From: a bacterium
GTDB taxonomy: Bacteria > Fidelibacterota > Marinisomatia > Marinisomatales > UBA1611
DNA: 64,000 bases
Reading direction: 5' to 3'
Assembly: GCA_004321745.1 (NCBI GenBank)
Contig: SGYO01000008.1
Span: 80-64,079, forward strand
Within the stretch, counting starts at the first letter, position 1. Every line of letters begins with the position of its first letter. Made by a program: the position numbers and the translations under genes. The notes below the pieces were generated by a model, which did no database searches, had not been told where the DNA came from, and saw nothing but the letters and a program-made list of their open reading frames with translations. Of this stretch, positions 47,914 through 58,100 are shown piece after piece.

Positions 47914-49664
47914 TGCCTCAAATCCCCCAAAACACTATTGACAAAATTAGAGATCAAGCTGATATAGTTGATGTAATATCAAGAGAAGTTGAATTAAAAA
48001 GGAAAGGGGTGAATTATTTTGGAATATGTCCCTTCCATGATGAAAACACTCCATCTTTCAGTGTTTCGCAATCGAAACAGATTTATAAATGCTTTGGCGG
48101 TTGCGATGCAGGTGGTAATGTTTTTACTTTTATAATGGAGTTTTATAAGCTGACTTTTTTTGAATCCGCTAAATTACTTGCGGATAGATATAATATAATT
48201 TTAGACATATCTGATAATTATTCATCTTCAAATGAATATTCATTTCTAAAGGCAGTTCATGAGGATGCGTCTCTTATTTTTCAACAAAACTTATTTTCTG
48301 ATATAGGTAAAGAACCATTACAATACCTAAAGAAAAGAAATCTAACTGAACAAATTATCAGGAAATTCAGGATAGGTTTTGCTATAGATGGTTGGAGTGG
48401 GCTCATAAATAAGATAGGACCTAAATATAATAATGAAACTTCAAAGCTGTTAAAAACAGGACTCTTTAGTAGATCTGAAAAAGGGACAGTTTATGACAGG
48501 TTTCGTTCAAGAATAATTTTCCCAATCTCTCATCAATCAGGTGATGTTATAGCTTTTGGAGGAAGAGACTACAATAAAAATGATCAAGCGAAATATTTAA
48601 ATTCCCCTGAAACGGCTATTTATCAAAAAAGCAATGTCTTATATGGATTAAATGTAACCAAGAGCGCAATTACGAATAGTAATAATAAATACATCATTCT
48701 TGTCGAAGGTTACATGGACCTTCTGCAACTTTATCAGGCTGGTATTGAGCCTGTTATTGCAGTTTCAGGAACTTCTTTAACAAAAAATCACGCGGCTATA
48801 ATTGCAAGATATAATAAACCAGTTGTTATTTTATATGATGGAGATTCTGCTGGTGGGAATGCGGCTATAAGGGCTGGATTCGTCCTTCTTCAAGCAGGAG
48901 TAGAAGTATATGTTGTTAGGCCTCCAGGTGAATTAGACCCAGACGATTGGCTTTTAAAAGATGGGCGAGAGGTACTCAATGACAATATTGAAAAGCCTTC
49001 AGACTTTATGGAATTCCATATTAACTATTCAAATGCAAAAACCTTTAAGGGAGTACAAAAAAGTAATTATTTACATAATGTTATTGGTGATATTAAAAAT
49101 ATTAATGATTCTATTATAAAAAATGAGCTTATAAAATATCTATCTGAAAAATTGAGAGAAAAAGAAAGTGATTTAATAGAAATTTTAAACCAAAAAAGAA
49201 GTTATAAAAAGTCAGAGACTGCAGTTGTAAAAAATAGTGTTTTTAATTTTAAAACAAAATTACATAGGGCTGAACTAGAATTAATTAAAATATTAATAAA
49301 TTCAAGTTTTGACAAAAGGAAAAAGCTTATTAACAATTTAGGTATTGATTTATTTTCACATGAGTTACTTTCAAAGATTATGAGTAAAATACTAACTGAT
49401 GAATCCATAGAAAATTCTAAAATCATTGATTACTTTTCGGAAAAAAGTGAACGTGATTTTATATCTGGATTATTAATGGAAGAAAAAGAAATACAAAACC
49501 CGGATCAAATAGTTAAAGATTGTTTGTCTACTATACAGTCTGCACCACTAAAAACTAGAATTGATGATCTAAGACTTACGATACAACAAAAAGAGAAAAA
49601 TGGGGCAGACACTTCTAAAGAATTAAAAGAAGTAATGGAGCTTCAAAAAAAATTATATAATTAG
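47913..49664 (+). CDS. dnaG: DNA primase
   Basis: CHC2 zinc finger '[34 protein letters not shown]', 'RIIFPI', and TOPRIM '[10 protein letters not shown]…LYDGDSAG'. Confidence 0.95.
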   Translation: [583 protein letters not shown]

Positions 49665-49669
49665 CGTTA

Positions 49670-50896
49670 ATGAGAAATTGGATCTTCATATTAATATTTT
49701 CATCATTGCTTGGTAATATGAATGCACATCAAGTGCAACTAGTTACACATCATGAAAAAACAAATGGTGTCTTAATCAGAGTATTAGTTAGTAACGTCCC
49801 TGAAGTTGATGACATTGCTGGATGGGTTGGGCAGGAGAATTGGTTCTACCTAACTTTAAATGAAGCAGTATTTGCTGAAAATGTTTTAGAAAACCTCAAA
49901 GCAAGCTCCCCAATACTCGAAATTGAAGGTATTCAAAATCAACAGTCTGTACAAATTGGGTTTTTAATGGAGAATTATATTTCTGATTTTGAAATTTTTC
50001 ATTCCCCCTCTAATAGAGTTTTTCTTATACATCTCTGGCATGAATTAGATGTGGACAACATTGCAGATATCAAAATTTCAGAGAAAAATAATAATAATAA
50101 AATATTTTCGATTAGCGATCAAAATTTAAAAGGCATGCCATTTTATGATTCATTTATTGATGCTCGAGAAAAATACGGTCCGGAAAAATATTTTGTATGG
50201 TATAACAATTGGTATAGTACAGAAGACAAACTTGACTTTGATGGTAGAGAAAATAAAAAAATTAAAAACGAAGCCGATATATGGGAAAAACATTGGTCAG
50301 AAAATTCTTTATCAAAAGAAAATACTACCTATGGTCCTAAGCTACCTCTTAATAGCCAACAGTCTAATAATGCTAATGAGGTGGCCATCGTTAATAAGGA
50401 ACCAAAAAAACCTGCCAACAAGCCTAAAACGGTAGTCATAAATGAAAATTCTAAAGAAAAGATAAAAAGAATAGAAGAACAAATCTTAAAAAGAAAGAAT
50501 GCATCTTCCAAAAAAGAAAAAATTATCTCATCAGATAAGAAAGTTGCAGAAAAACAAAAAGTCAAACCAAGGCGTGTTATTAAGAAAAGTTCTGAAGACT
50601 TGGCAGCATATGCAATTGAACCTAATCTTAACAATAGGAAAACTTTTCTGAAAATTGGTTGTGATTTGGTTGATGTAAATGTTTACCTTGACGGAAGAAG
50701 GGTCGGTAAAACACCGCTTACAAAAAGGCTTCCTGTTTCAGCAGGGTGGCACAGAATAAGGATCGATGTACCCGGAGCAAAAAAGTTTAATAAATCAGGT
50801 ATCCCAAACCCAGACTTTAGAGATGTTTATGTAACAAAAGGTAGAACTCAGAAAGTAACATTTAAATTTTTAAATGATCAAGAAGAGCCTGGTTAA
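49670..50896 (+). CDS. Secreted PEGA-domain protein (paralogue 1)
   Basis: Signal peptide. The N-terminal ~110-aa domain is shared with the next gene ('DDIAGWVGQENWFYLTL…SVQIGF'). A Lys-rich linker follows, then a C-terminal PEGA-like 'VNVYLDGRRVGKTPLTKRLPVSAGWHRIRI'. Confidence 0.6.
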   Translation: MRNWIFILIFSSLLGNMNAHQVQLVTHHEKTNGVLIRVLVSNVPEVDDIAGWVGQENWFYLTLNEAVFAENVLENLKASSPILEIEGIQNQQSVQIGFLMENYISDFEIFHSPSNRVFLIHLWHELDVDNIADIKISEKNNNNKIFSISDQNLKGMPFYDSFIDAREKYGPEKYFVWYNNWYSTEDKLDFDGRENKKIKNEADIWEKHWSENSLSKENTTYGPKLPLNSQQSNNANEVAIVNKEPKKPANKPKTVVINENSKEKIKRIEEQILKRKNASSKKEKIISSDKKVAEKQKVKPRRVIKKSSEDLAAYAIEPNLNNRKTFLKIGCDLVDVNVYLDGRRVGKTPLTKRLPVSAGWHRIRIDVPGAKKFNKSGIPNPDFRDVYVTKGRTQKVTFKFLNDQEEPG

Positions 50897-50897
50897 A

Positions 50898-51797
50898 ATG
50901 TTTGAATATTTTATGACTCTATTTCGAGTTTATAAGGTTTACATTTTTTTATCTTTTAATATACTCTTTGGTCAGTTTTCCTCAAATGTTGTTCATGTTG
51001 AAATTATATCCGATCCAGAAAAAGTAGAAGCCTCAATTATCTTTGATGAGATTATTGATAGAGATGATGTGTCTGGTTGGATTGATAGAGATAATTATTT
51101 TACGTTAAGCTTGTTTAATGTTTCCTTAGGGGGAAATAATTTTTCAGGTAATGATTATAAATATCCTCTTTTATCTGTTGAAGCTGCTGATGCAGGTGGG
51201 TCCGTTCAAATAATTTTTAACACGGCTAAAAAAATTGATTCCTATCAACTGATACGGCATGCAAAAGATAAGAACTTATTAGTTATTATAAATTATAGTA
51301 CAAAAGATGAAGTTTCGAAAGAGCAAGGAGAGCTTGTTAAATCTTTTATTGTTGAGGAGCTTCCTGATACATTTGATGTAATGAAAGATCGGTGGAGGCA
51401 TCCGATAAATTGGAAAGAGGCTAGAGAACGGTCGAGTATCAGAATTTTATGCGATACCAAAAATCTTCCTATATATGTAGATAATCAATTTGTGGGTAAA
51501 ACTCCTCTAGATTTTGCTGTAGATGTCCTACCTGGCTGGCATCAAGTTGGCTATTTCCCAACAGACCCTGCGTTAAATCCTGAACCTCGTTCCCCAAAAG
51601 AGAAAATGATGGATAATATTCTTAGGATGGGGATTTTAGATGTATATGTAGAGGAGGGAAAGGAGCAGGAAATAGTACTCAATTATCAAAACTTGGATCA
51701 GGATGTATTAGCATTTCAAAAAAGTATTACTGCTGGGAGTTGGGTCGGGTTCAGTTTATTTTTCTTATTAATAATGCTTATTAGTTGGGGTGTGTAG
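50898..51797 (+). CDS. PEGA-domain protein (paralogue 2) with C-terminal TM anchor
   Basis: Shared N-terminal domain ('DDVSGWIDRDNYFTLSL…SVQIIF'), PEGA-like 'LPIYVDNQFVGKTPLDFAVDVLPGWHQVGY', and a terminal helix 'GSWVGFSLFFLLIMLISWGV'. The start at ATG 50898 (1 nt after the upstream stop) is preferred over the track's 50874. Confidence 0.55.
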   Translation: MFEYFMTLFRVYKVYIFLSFNILFGQFSSNVVHVEIISDPEKVEASIIFDEIIDRDDVSGWIDRDNYFTLSLFNVSLGGNNFSGNDYKYPLLSVEAADAGGSVQIIFNTAKKIDSYQLIRHAKDKNLLVIINYSTKDEVSKEQGELVKSFIVEELPDTFDVMKDRWRHPINWKEARERSSIRILCDTKNLPIYVDNQFVGKTPLDFAVDVLPGWHQVGYFPTDPALNPEPRSPKEKMMDNILRMGILDVYVEEGKEQEIVLNYQNLDQDVLAFQKSITAGSWVGFSLFFLLIMLISWGV

Positions 51798-53718
51798 TTT
51801 AGATAAAAAATATTTTTTAAGAGTAATAGTTGTTTTCTTCACCTTTTTTATAAACAACTATGCTTATACTCAAGCTACTAAAGAAAAAAAAATATCAAAG
51901 CCAAAGTCTGGGACTAAACGTGCTTATTATGGATATTGGAATCCTTATAGACGTAAAGCAGATTTAAAAAACAGCCGCGATTTTTTTATTTCAAATTCTT
52001 ACTTCGAAGTTTCTAGAAACGCTAAAGGCAAAATAAAGACAGTAGTAAAATATAATTCAAACAACGAGAAAGTTGATTCTTGGCATATTAAATGGAACAG
52101 GAGTGGTACAAGATCAGAATATAATGTAAAGTTTCATCAAAAAGGTAATATTACAAGATTAGATAGCTTATTGTTTTCTCATAAGCTTAGTGAGGTTAAA
52201 CCTGGATGGTATGCAAAGGTAAGAAGTAAAAAAGATGGGAGGCCTTTGCGTTATGATATATACGATGAAAATGGTATCAGACTTTACTTTTATAGATTTC
52301 ATTACGCCCAAAGATCTGATTCCATACTCACAATGGAGACGATACAATCATCATATTTCCGCTCTGATAGCACCTTAGTTGGGAGGCATATATTGTTTAT
52401 GGAAAATGGAGAATGGCTTAGAGAGATTCATTTTAAAGATGCAAAAAATGAGTTAGAAAGTGTAACAAGGTTTGAAGTGTCTTTACCAAAGGAAGAGACA
52501 ATCATAACAAGATTAGATAAAAATGGTAAAGAAATTGCAAGTAGGATAATGCAATTATCATATCCTGATAAATATTCATATAGATTTGAGTGGATGCCTG
52601 ATACCGTGCTCATTGTCGAAAATATTGAAATAAAAGAGGACACTACAATTACATTTATTAGTCCTGTGTTAGCTAGTGTATGGTACGGTGCGCCGTTAAT
52701 AGGTAGTGCAGCTTTAGATGTGAATTCATCAAACTCTACTTATGGTTTTTTCTTTGCTCCTAGAGGAAATATGATTGTAAGAGGTAAAAAATATAGCTTA
52801 GGGATGGAGGTTGTGTCATACTATATACCAATTCAAGATTCTACGGAATCTATCAATGGGATTGGTGCATTTGCAGCTGCTCAATATGATTTAAATAAAA
52901 ATTTTGAATGGATCCCTCAAAATGTAGAAGCAGCATTAAGGATGGGTGGAGGAATGCTCTCATCCGGATTTGGTTTGTCTTTCAGTGCTTCGTTAGGATA
53001 TCATTTTATACCGAGTAGAATATATTTAGGACTTTATTCTCAAGCAGTTGTTGCATTTGATGAATCGGGTACTGGTAAAGCTACTGGATGGGGGAGTCTA
53101 GGGATCTCGCTAGGGGCTAATGTAGGAGATATTAACCCCGATCTACTTAAACCATATAAAGATAAACTTGATGAAGAGGCTATATTTTTTAATTTAATTA
53201 AAGAAATTATTACGAAATCTGATCTAATTTTTGAAAAAGATTATCCTTTAAGTATTGATACATTAATTACAGAGTATTTTTTAGATCCTAAACCATTTGA
53301 TGCAATTAAAATAAGAACGCCATTTTCCATAAACATAGGTAATTCAAAAATAAAATTTTTATTATCCTATTTAAATTATGCTTTTCAGCCGAAAGATATT
53401 AGTGATCCAATTTTTGGTAGCCACGCATATTTTTTTGGTACTGAATTCAATTTGGATAGATTTTTATCTTTTGGAGGAAATAATCTCCGTAAGAGCTTTG
53501 AGTTTAGCGTGGGTTCTTTTCATAGCGGATTTGGTTTATCAACAGGTGTTGGATTTAGTTATAAGTTTAAAACTTTACCAATCAACTTAAATACATATGG
53601 AAAATTTTATGGTTTACCTAGTGAAGAAATTTTTACAGGATGGTTTAGTTTCGGGTTTGGGCTTGGTTTAGAATTAGATAAATTTTTACTTAATTCAGAA
53701 TCAAATGGTGATAATTAA
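51790..53718 (+). CDS. Large uncharacterised envelope protein: N-terminal repeat region + Gly/aromatic-rich C-terminal putative beta-barrel
   Basis: 642 aa. GTG start overlapping the upstream stop by 8 nt. Signal-like 'FLRVIVVFFTFFINNYAYTQ'. Repeats of the 'KxGKxxxxxxYxxNG'-like (MORN/YwqK-variant-like) type. The C-terminal half contains 'GGGMLSSGFGLSFSASLGYHF', 'GWFSFGFGLGLE'. Confidence 0.45.
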   Translation: MCSLDKKYFLRVIVVFFTFFINNYAYTQATKEKKISKPKSGTKRAYYGYWNPYRRKADLKNSRDFFISNSYFEVSRNAKGKIKTVVKYNSNNEKVDSWHIKWNRSGTRSEYNVKFHQKGNITRLDSLLFSHKLSEVKPGWYAKVRSKKDGRPLRYDIYDENGIRLYFYRFHYAQRSDSILTMETIQSSYFRSDSTLVGRHILFMENGEWLREIHFKDAKNELESVTRFEVSLPKEETIITRLDKNGKEIASRIMQLSYPDKYSYRFEWMPDTVLIVENIEIKEDTTITFISPVLASVWYGAPLIGSAALDVNSSNSTYGFFFAPRGNMIVRGKKYSLGMEVVSYYIPIQDSTESINGIGAFAAAQYDLNKNFEWIPQNVEAALRMGGGMLSSGFGLSFSASLGYHFIPSRIYLGLYSQAVVAFDESGTGKATGWGSLGISLGANVGDINPDLLKPYKDKLDEEAIFFNLIKEIITKSDLIFEKDYPLSIDTLITEYFLDPKPFDAIKIRTPFSINIGNSKIKFLLSYLNYAFQPKDISDPIFGSHAYFFGTEFNLDRFLSFGGNNLRKSFEFSVGSFHSGFGLSTGVGFSYKFKTLPINLNTYGKFYGLPSEEIFTGWFSFGFGLGLELDKFLLNSESNGDN

Positions 53719-53745
53719 AATAATAATAATAAAAAAGGGTTTATA

Positions 53746-54489
53746 ATGAAATTAGTATTATTAAGGCATGGTGAGAGCAAATGGAATCTTGAGAATAAAT
53801 TTACTGGATGGAAAGATGTGGAATTAACAGAAAAAGGTGAAAAGGAAGCTAAAAATGCTGGAGAGCTAATTAAAAATGAAAAATTCAATGTTGACATAGT
53901 TTACACTTCGGTGCTTAAAAGAGCGGTAAATACTATGAAAATTTGCTTAGCTAATATTAATGATAGTGAGCCTGAAATATTCCACGATTGGAGATTAAAT
54001 GAGCGCCATTATGGGGCATTACAGGGCCTAGATAAAGCTGAAACAGCAAAAAAATATGGAGATGAGCAAGTACTGATTTGGAGGCGAAGCTATGATATTA
54101 GACCTCCTGAGCTAGATCAAAATGATGAAAGGCATCCTAAGTTTGATAAAAAATATAAAGATCTTGACAGTGAGGTGTTACCTTCAAGCGAGTGTTTAAA
54201 AGACACTGTTAAACGTTTTTTACCTTATTGGGATAAATCAATTAGCCCAAACGTAAAAAATGGTAAAAACGTTTTAATAGTAGCTCATGGAAATTCGCTT
54301 AGGGCTTTAGTGAAACATTTAGATAATATTTCTGACGATGAAATTTTAAGTTTAAATATTCCAACAGGGACGCCTTTGGTATACGAACTAGATAAGGATC
54401 TTAATCCTGTAAGGAGCTATTATTTAGGTAACCAGGATGAGATTAATGCTAGGATAAAATCAGTTGCTAGCCAAGGGAAATCAAAATAG
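53746..54489 (+). CDS. gpmA: 2,3-bisphosphoglycerate-dependent phosphoglycerate mutase
   Basis: '[12 protein letters not shown]', 'ERHYGALQG', '[10 protein letters not shown]'. Confidence 0.95.
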   Translation: MKLVLLRHGESKWNLENKFTGWKDVELTEKGEKEAKNAGELIKNEKFNVDIVYTSVLKRAVNTMKICLANINDSEPEIFHDWRLNERHYGALQGLDKAETAKKYGDEQVLIWRRSYDIRPPELDQNDERHPKFDKKYKDLDSEVLPSSECLKDTVKRFLPYWDKSISPNVKNGKNVLIVAHGNSLRALVKHLDNISDDEILSLNIPTGTPLVYELDKDLNPVRSYYLGNQDEINARIKSVASQGKSK

Positions 54490-54505
54490 ATAGTTATTTT
54501 TAAAA

Positions 54506-55516
54506 TTATTTATTCGGTAAAAAGGCTAGCAGTGTATATGGTTTAGGGTACTTATCCGTAGCTATAAGAAAACCTTCATTTCCATATCTAGCTAAAGCTT
54601 CCCATTTTCTGGATATTTTTTCACCTTCAAGCTCAATTTCTATGGGCGCTGATTTTGTTAGTGAAACTCTTCCATTTTTAATTTCATACTCAATTAATCT
54701 TTCAACCCTGTTTGACCCGCTATGAGATGGACCATTTCCATATTTTGAGGCAAGAATATCATTACTAGGTTTAAGGACTTTACGGTCACCTGGGAAAAAA
54801 TAATTTATTACCCAAAATTTATTATTTTTATCAATTCTAGTCGCATCTGCAATTCTATAATTAATTGATGATAATGGATACTTCATTATATCATTTCCTG
54901 ATGAATTTATAGATAAAGCATATGGAGATTTTATTAAGCTATCTCCATTGGCTTCAAAAAGAGCAATAACCCTATCTTTATCTATAACTAACGATTCATA
55001 AGACATATTATCAACATATGTTGGAACATCGATAACAGTTAAATTTTGTTCAGGCACTGTTATCTCTAAGGTTTTTTCATCAATATGCCCTCGAGCTAAA
55101 AGACAGCTCATGCTATCTGTAAATTTTATTTCAATTGTTAAATAGACTTCATAACCCCTAAATGCAATACCCTCAAATGAATCAAATCCAGGGACTAATT
55201 CTTTATAATTTGGTGTATTTAATTTTATTTGCTCTGGGAAGATAGTTGTTGTGTCATTGCCATTTATACGTGAATCTAATTCAGCTTTTTTTATTGTAAA
55301 AACATAACCATTAAGGTTTTCAGGGAGCAATATAAGATTATCATTATACCAATCCATTCCTGATACTTCCTCATCACTATTTTTCATTGGTCCGCCAATT
55401 TTAAGTAATGTAGGGGTTCTTTCTACAGTTTGTTCAGTTGAGCAGGAAAGCATCAGAGCAACTAAAAATAACAAGGATATTTTCATTTTAATCATCTTTA
55501 TTTTATCATTTTTCAT
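54506..55516 (-). CDS. Uncharacterised lipoprotein (beta-propeller-like?)
   Basis: Lipobox 'LMLSCS' after one of three possible Met starts (M1/M8/M11). No motif recognised. Confidence 0.4.
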   Translation of the reverse strand: MKNDKIKMIKMKISLLFLVALMLSCSTEQTVERTPTLLKIGGPMKNSDEEVSGMDWYNDNLILLPENLNGYVFTIKKAELDSRINGNDTTTIFPEQIKLNTPNYKELVPGFDSFEGIAFRGYEVYLTIEIKFTDSMSCLLARGHIDEKTLEITVPEQNLTVIDVPTYVDNMSYESLVIDKDRVIALFEANGDSLIKSPYALSINSSGNDIMKYPLSSINYRIADATRIDKNNKFWVINYFFPGDRKVLKPSNDILASKYGNGPSHSGSNRVERLIEYEIKNGRVSLTKSAPIEIELEGEKISRKWEALARYGNEGFLIATDKYPKPYTLLAFLPNK

Positions 55517-55842
55517 TAGTTATCTTTCTGATTTTCGCATAAAGTACGTAAAAATTCAAAAGAATAAATACCAGCGTGATGGCCATCCTGCCAGAATGGC
55601 CTTAATGCATAATAGCCTACGGGTTGTATACCTTTTAATAAGAAACTTTCTTTTGAGTTTGCTTTTATAGTACCTTTATAGATATTACCAAAAACGTCTT
55701 TTTCTCCTTCGCAATTAGCACAGGGGCATTTTTCTCTTAGCGTCCTTAGTGGAATGTAACTTTCAAATCCATCTTCCCACTTAAATATTAACAAGTCATT
55801 AACTTGTTCATAATCGATTAAATTTGTTTTGTGCTGACTCAT
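55516..55842 (-). CDS. DUF971 domain protein
   Basis: 108 aa. 'LLIFKWEDGFESYIPLRTLREKCPCANCEGE…' matches the DUF971 (gamma-butyrobetaine hydroxylase N-terminal-like) signature. Confidence 0.65.
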   Translation of the reverse strand: MSQHKTNLIDYEQVNDLLIFKWEDGFESYIPLRTLREKCPCANCEGEKDVFGNIYKGTIKANSKESFLLKGIQPVGYYALRPFWQDGHHAGIYSFEFLRTLCENQKDN

Positions 55843-55851
55843 GATCTAACT

Positions 55852-57114
55852 TTATTTGAGATAGGTTATCTTTTGAGTTTCTGAACCATTTTTGTGATTA
55901 ATATTAACAAAATAAATACCGCTTGGAATTTTTTGATCAGAGAATGTTACGATATGGTTTCCAGAATTAAAATATTGATCTGACAGGACGTTAATTATTT
56001 TACCATTTAAATCTATAATTGAAATTTTAACATTCTGTCCTTCAGCTAATGAGAATGGAATTTTTATTTGTGGATTAAATGGGTTTGGATAACTGTTGTG
56101 TAGAACAAAAACTTCTGGGATAGAACTATTATCTACATCAAGTGCCCAACCCCCATCAATAGTTAAATTCCATGGACCATTAGAAGATTCAACGCCCTCA
56201 AACCCACCAAGGGTGTAGACATCCCAAACAATATCAAGATGAGTTACCTCTGAATCTAACATATAATCTAAGAACTCTTGATGTTCAAGAAATATGTAAG
56301 AACTAGTTAGAGTAGTGTCTAATGTATCACCTGTGTTTTCAACGAATAACTCAAGTATATAATCTACTGAATTATTTCCAGGGTCTGTGCTACTTGTCCA
56401 GAAAATTCCTGTTTGGCTGTCAGCGTTATCTCCATCAATAGTTAAAACTGTTTCATTAGCAGGACCAATAAGCGTTACTGGGTTTGGTAAATTTCCTGTA
56501 TTAACTGGGACGAAATTAAAATTTCCATTATTAATATTTGTAAAAGAAAATAATGGTTTCCACATGGTCAAATTGAAATTTCCAATTGCTGTCCCATCCA
56601 CTATACTACTTATTTCAATGTACCCTTGAGTTGCTATGTAAGAATCACTTAGCAAATTCTCAACAAAAAATGAAGATAATGAATCTAAAGATAAAGAGTC
56701 ACTGATTGTGGAAGTGTCTGAAAAAAAGGTTAACCATTGATTTGTAAAATTAGAATCAAGACCTGGAATGAAGACAGATAGTGTAGATAAGTTTAATGGA
56801 TCGTCAACTAGATCAGCAATATCTGCTATACTTATATCCCATGACCAAATCCTAGGCTGTATGGGGTATGTTGAATCTTGTAAAATTGTTAAAAATAGAT
56901 CAAAAACATTTTCATCTCTGGGTGTGATACCCATCATTAAAAAAGACGATGAATCGTTAAGAGTTAAATTTAGAGCTCCTCCAAAGCTTGATGTGTCTTC
57001 AATTAATGATGAAAATGAACCTGTTTCTGATCCGCTGTAAGAAAAATCTAGAGATCCTTGATAAAGTGTCTGAGATAATAAAACACTGGTAAACAAAGAA
57101 ATGAAAAATTTCAT
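55852..57114 (-). CDS. Secreted protein with T9SS type-A C-terminal sorting domain
   Basis: Signal peptide. The last ~80 aa, 'LHNSYPNPFNPQIKIPFSL…VKISIIDLNGKIINVL…SGIYFVNINHKNGSETQKITYLK', form a canonical Por_Secre_tail/TIGR04183-like pattern. Confidence 0.75.
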   Translation of the reverse strand: MKFFISLFTSVLLSQTLYQGSLDFSYSGSETGSFSSLIEDTSSFGGALNLTLNDSSSFLMMGITPRDENVFDLFLTILQDSTYPIQPRIWSWDISIADIADLVDDPLNLSTLSVFIPGLDSNFTNQWLTFFSDTSTISDSLSLDSLSSFFVENLLSDSYIATQGYIEISSIVDGTAIGNFNLTMWKPLFSFTNINNGNFNFVPVNTGNLPNPVTLIGPANETVLTIDGDNADSQTGIFWTSSTDPGNNSVDYILELFVENTGDTLDTTLTSSYIFLEHQEFLDYMLDSEVTHLDIVWDVYTLGGFEGVESSNGPWNLTIDGGWALDVDNSSIPEVFVLHNSYPNPFNPQIKIPFSLAEGQNVKISIIDLNGKIINVLSDQYFNSGNHIVTFSDQKIPSGIYFVNINHKNGSETQKITYLK

Positions 57115-57128
57115 TTCAGATAATACAA

Positions 57129-57983
57129 TTAGTCATTTTTCTTAAGCGAGAGTAAAATCGAAGCACCGATATTTCCAAATCCAGTTAAAGCATCTGCAGG
57201 CGAGGGAATCATATATCCATTACCAAAAAACCTAACCCCAAGTGGAGAGTCTTCAAACCAATAGTCTAATGTTCCGCCAACAACTACACCTAAACCACCA
57301 TCATAATTTTCATCCCATCCTAACGAATATGTAATTCCTGCCTCTATACTAGGATGAACATTATCTCCAAAGAAGTTTAGTATAGGTTGTAAATCTGTTT
57401 TTACTAGGCCACCTATTGTTATTGATTTAATTTTTTTAGAATCATCATTTCCCCCAAATTCTTTATCAAATCCAAAAGTAATTAATCTGCCTCCCACAGA
57501 CATATTTACAGGACCAATAGGGAAATAAGGTAATGAGAAATCAAATCCTAAATTTGGAAGTGAGCTAGGATTCTTATCATCTTCTAATAGTAGGCTTGGC
57601 CTGAAGTACGCAGGCATACCATAAAAAGTAGAGACTGAAAAATAATTTAGATTACCAAGATCATAATCAGCATATTCTTCAACTTCGGATGAAGAAAAAT
57701 CTTCTTTTTCATCTCTTTGAATAATTGAAAATTTCCCATCGAGATATGTTTGTTTTGCGATACCATCTTGAATAATTATGATTCCGTTATCAAGTTCAAA
57801 ATTATCTATGTCAACAACAGGTATTTTTTCTGGCATTACTAAGCCTTCAGGAGTTATAAAAACATGTCTTACATCAGATGAGGATAGTTCGCCATTAAGA
57901 GTAGTGCCATCGTAAAAAGTAATAGTCCCATTAATTGAAAATGCAAGATTAACTATTAAGACGGATAAATATATTTTTTTCAT
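57129..57983 (-). CDS. Uncharacterised secreted/outer-membrane protein
   Basis: 284 aa. Signal peptide, an N-terminal soluble segment, and a Gly/aromatic-rich C-terminal half suggestive of a small barrel. Confidence 0.4.
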   Translation of the reverse strand: MKKIYLSVLIVNLAFSINGTITFYDGTTLNGELSSSDVRHVFITPEGLVMPEKIPVVDIDNFELDNGIIIIQDGIAKQTYLDGKFSIIQRDEKEDFSSSEVEEYADYDLGNLNYFSVSTFYGMPAYFRPSLLLEDDKNPSSLPNLGFDFSLPYFPIGPVNMSVGGRLITFGFDKEFGGNDDSKKIKSITIGGLVKTDLQPILNFFGDNVHPSIEAGITYSLGWDENYDGGLGVVVGGTLDYWFEDSPLGVRFFGNGYMIPSPADALTGFGNIGASILLSLKKND

Positions 57984-58013
57984 AACTACCTCAATTTAGT
58001 TTATTTATTTATG

Positions 58014-58087
<74 letters not shown>

Positions 58088-58100
58088 AAAACTAAAGGAA

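Noticed and set aside
51884-51892. An A9 homopolymer near the 5' end of the 642-aa gene as a phase-variation switch.
   Set aside because: Runs of 8-9 A or T occur repeatedly in this AT-rich sequence, for example around 31260 and 32020, and simply encode Lys-rich segments. There is no evidence of a length-variable tract.
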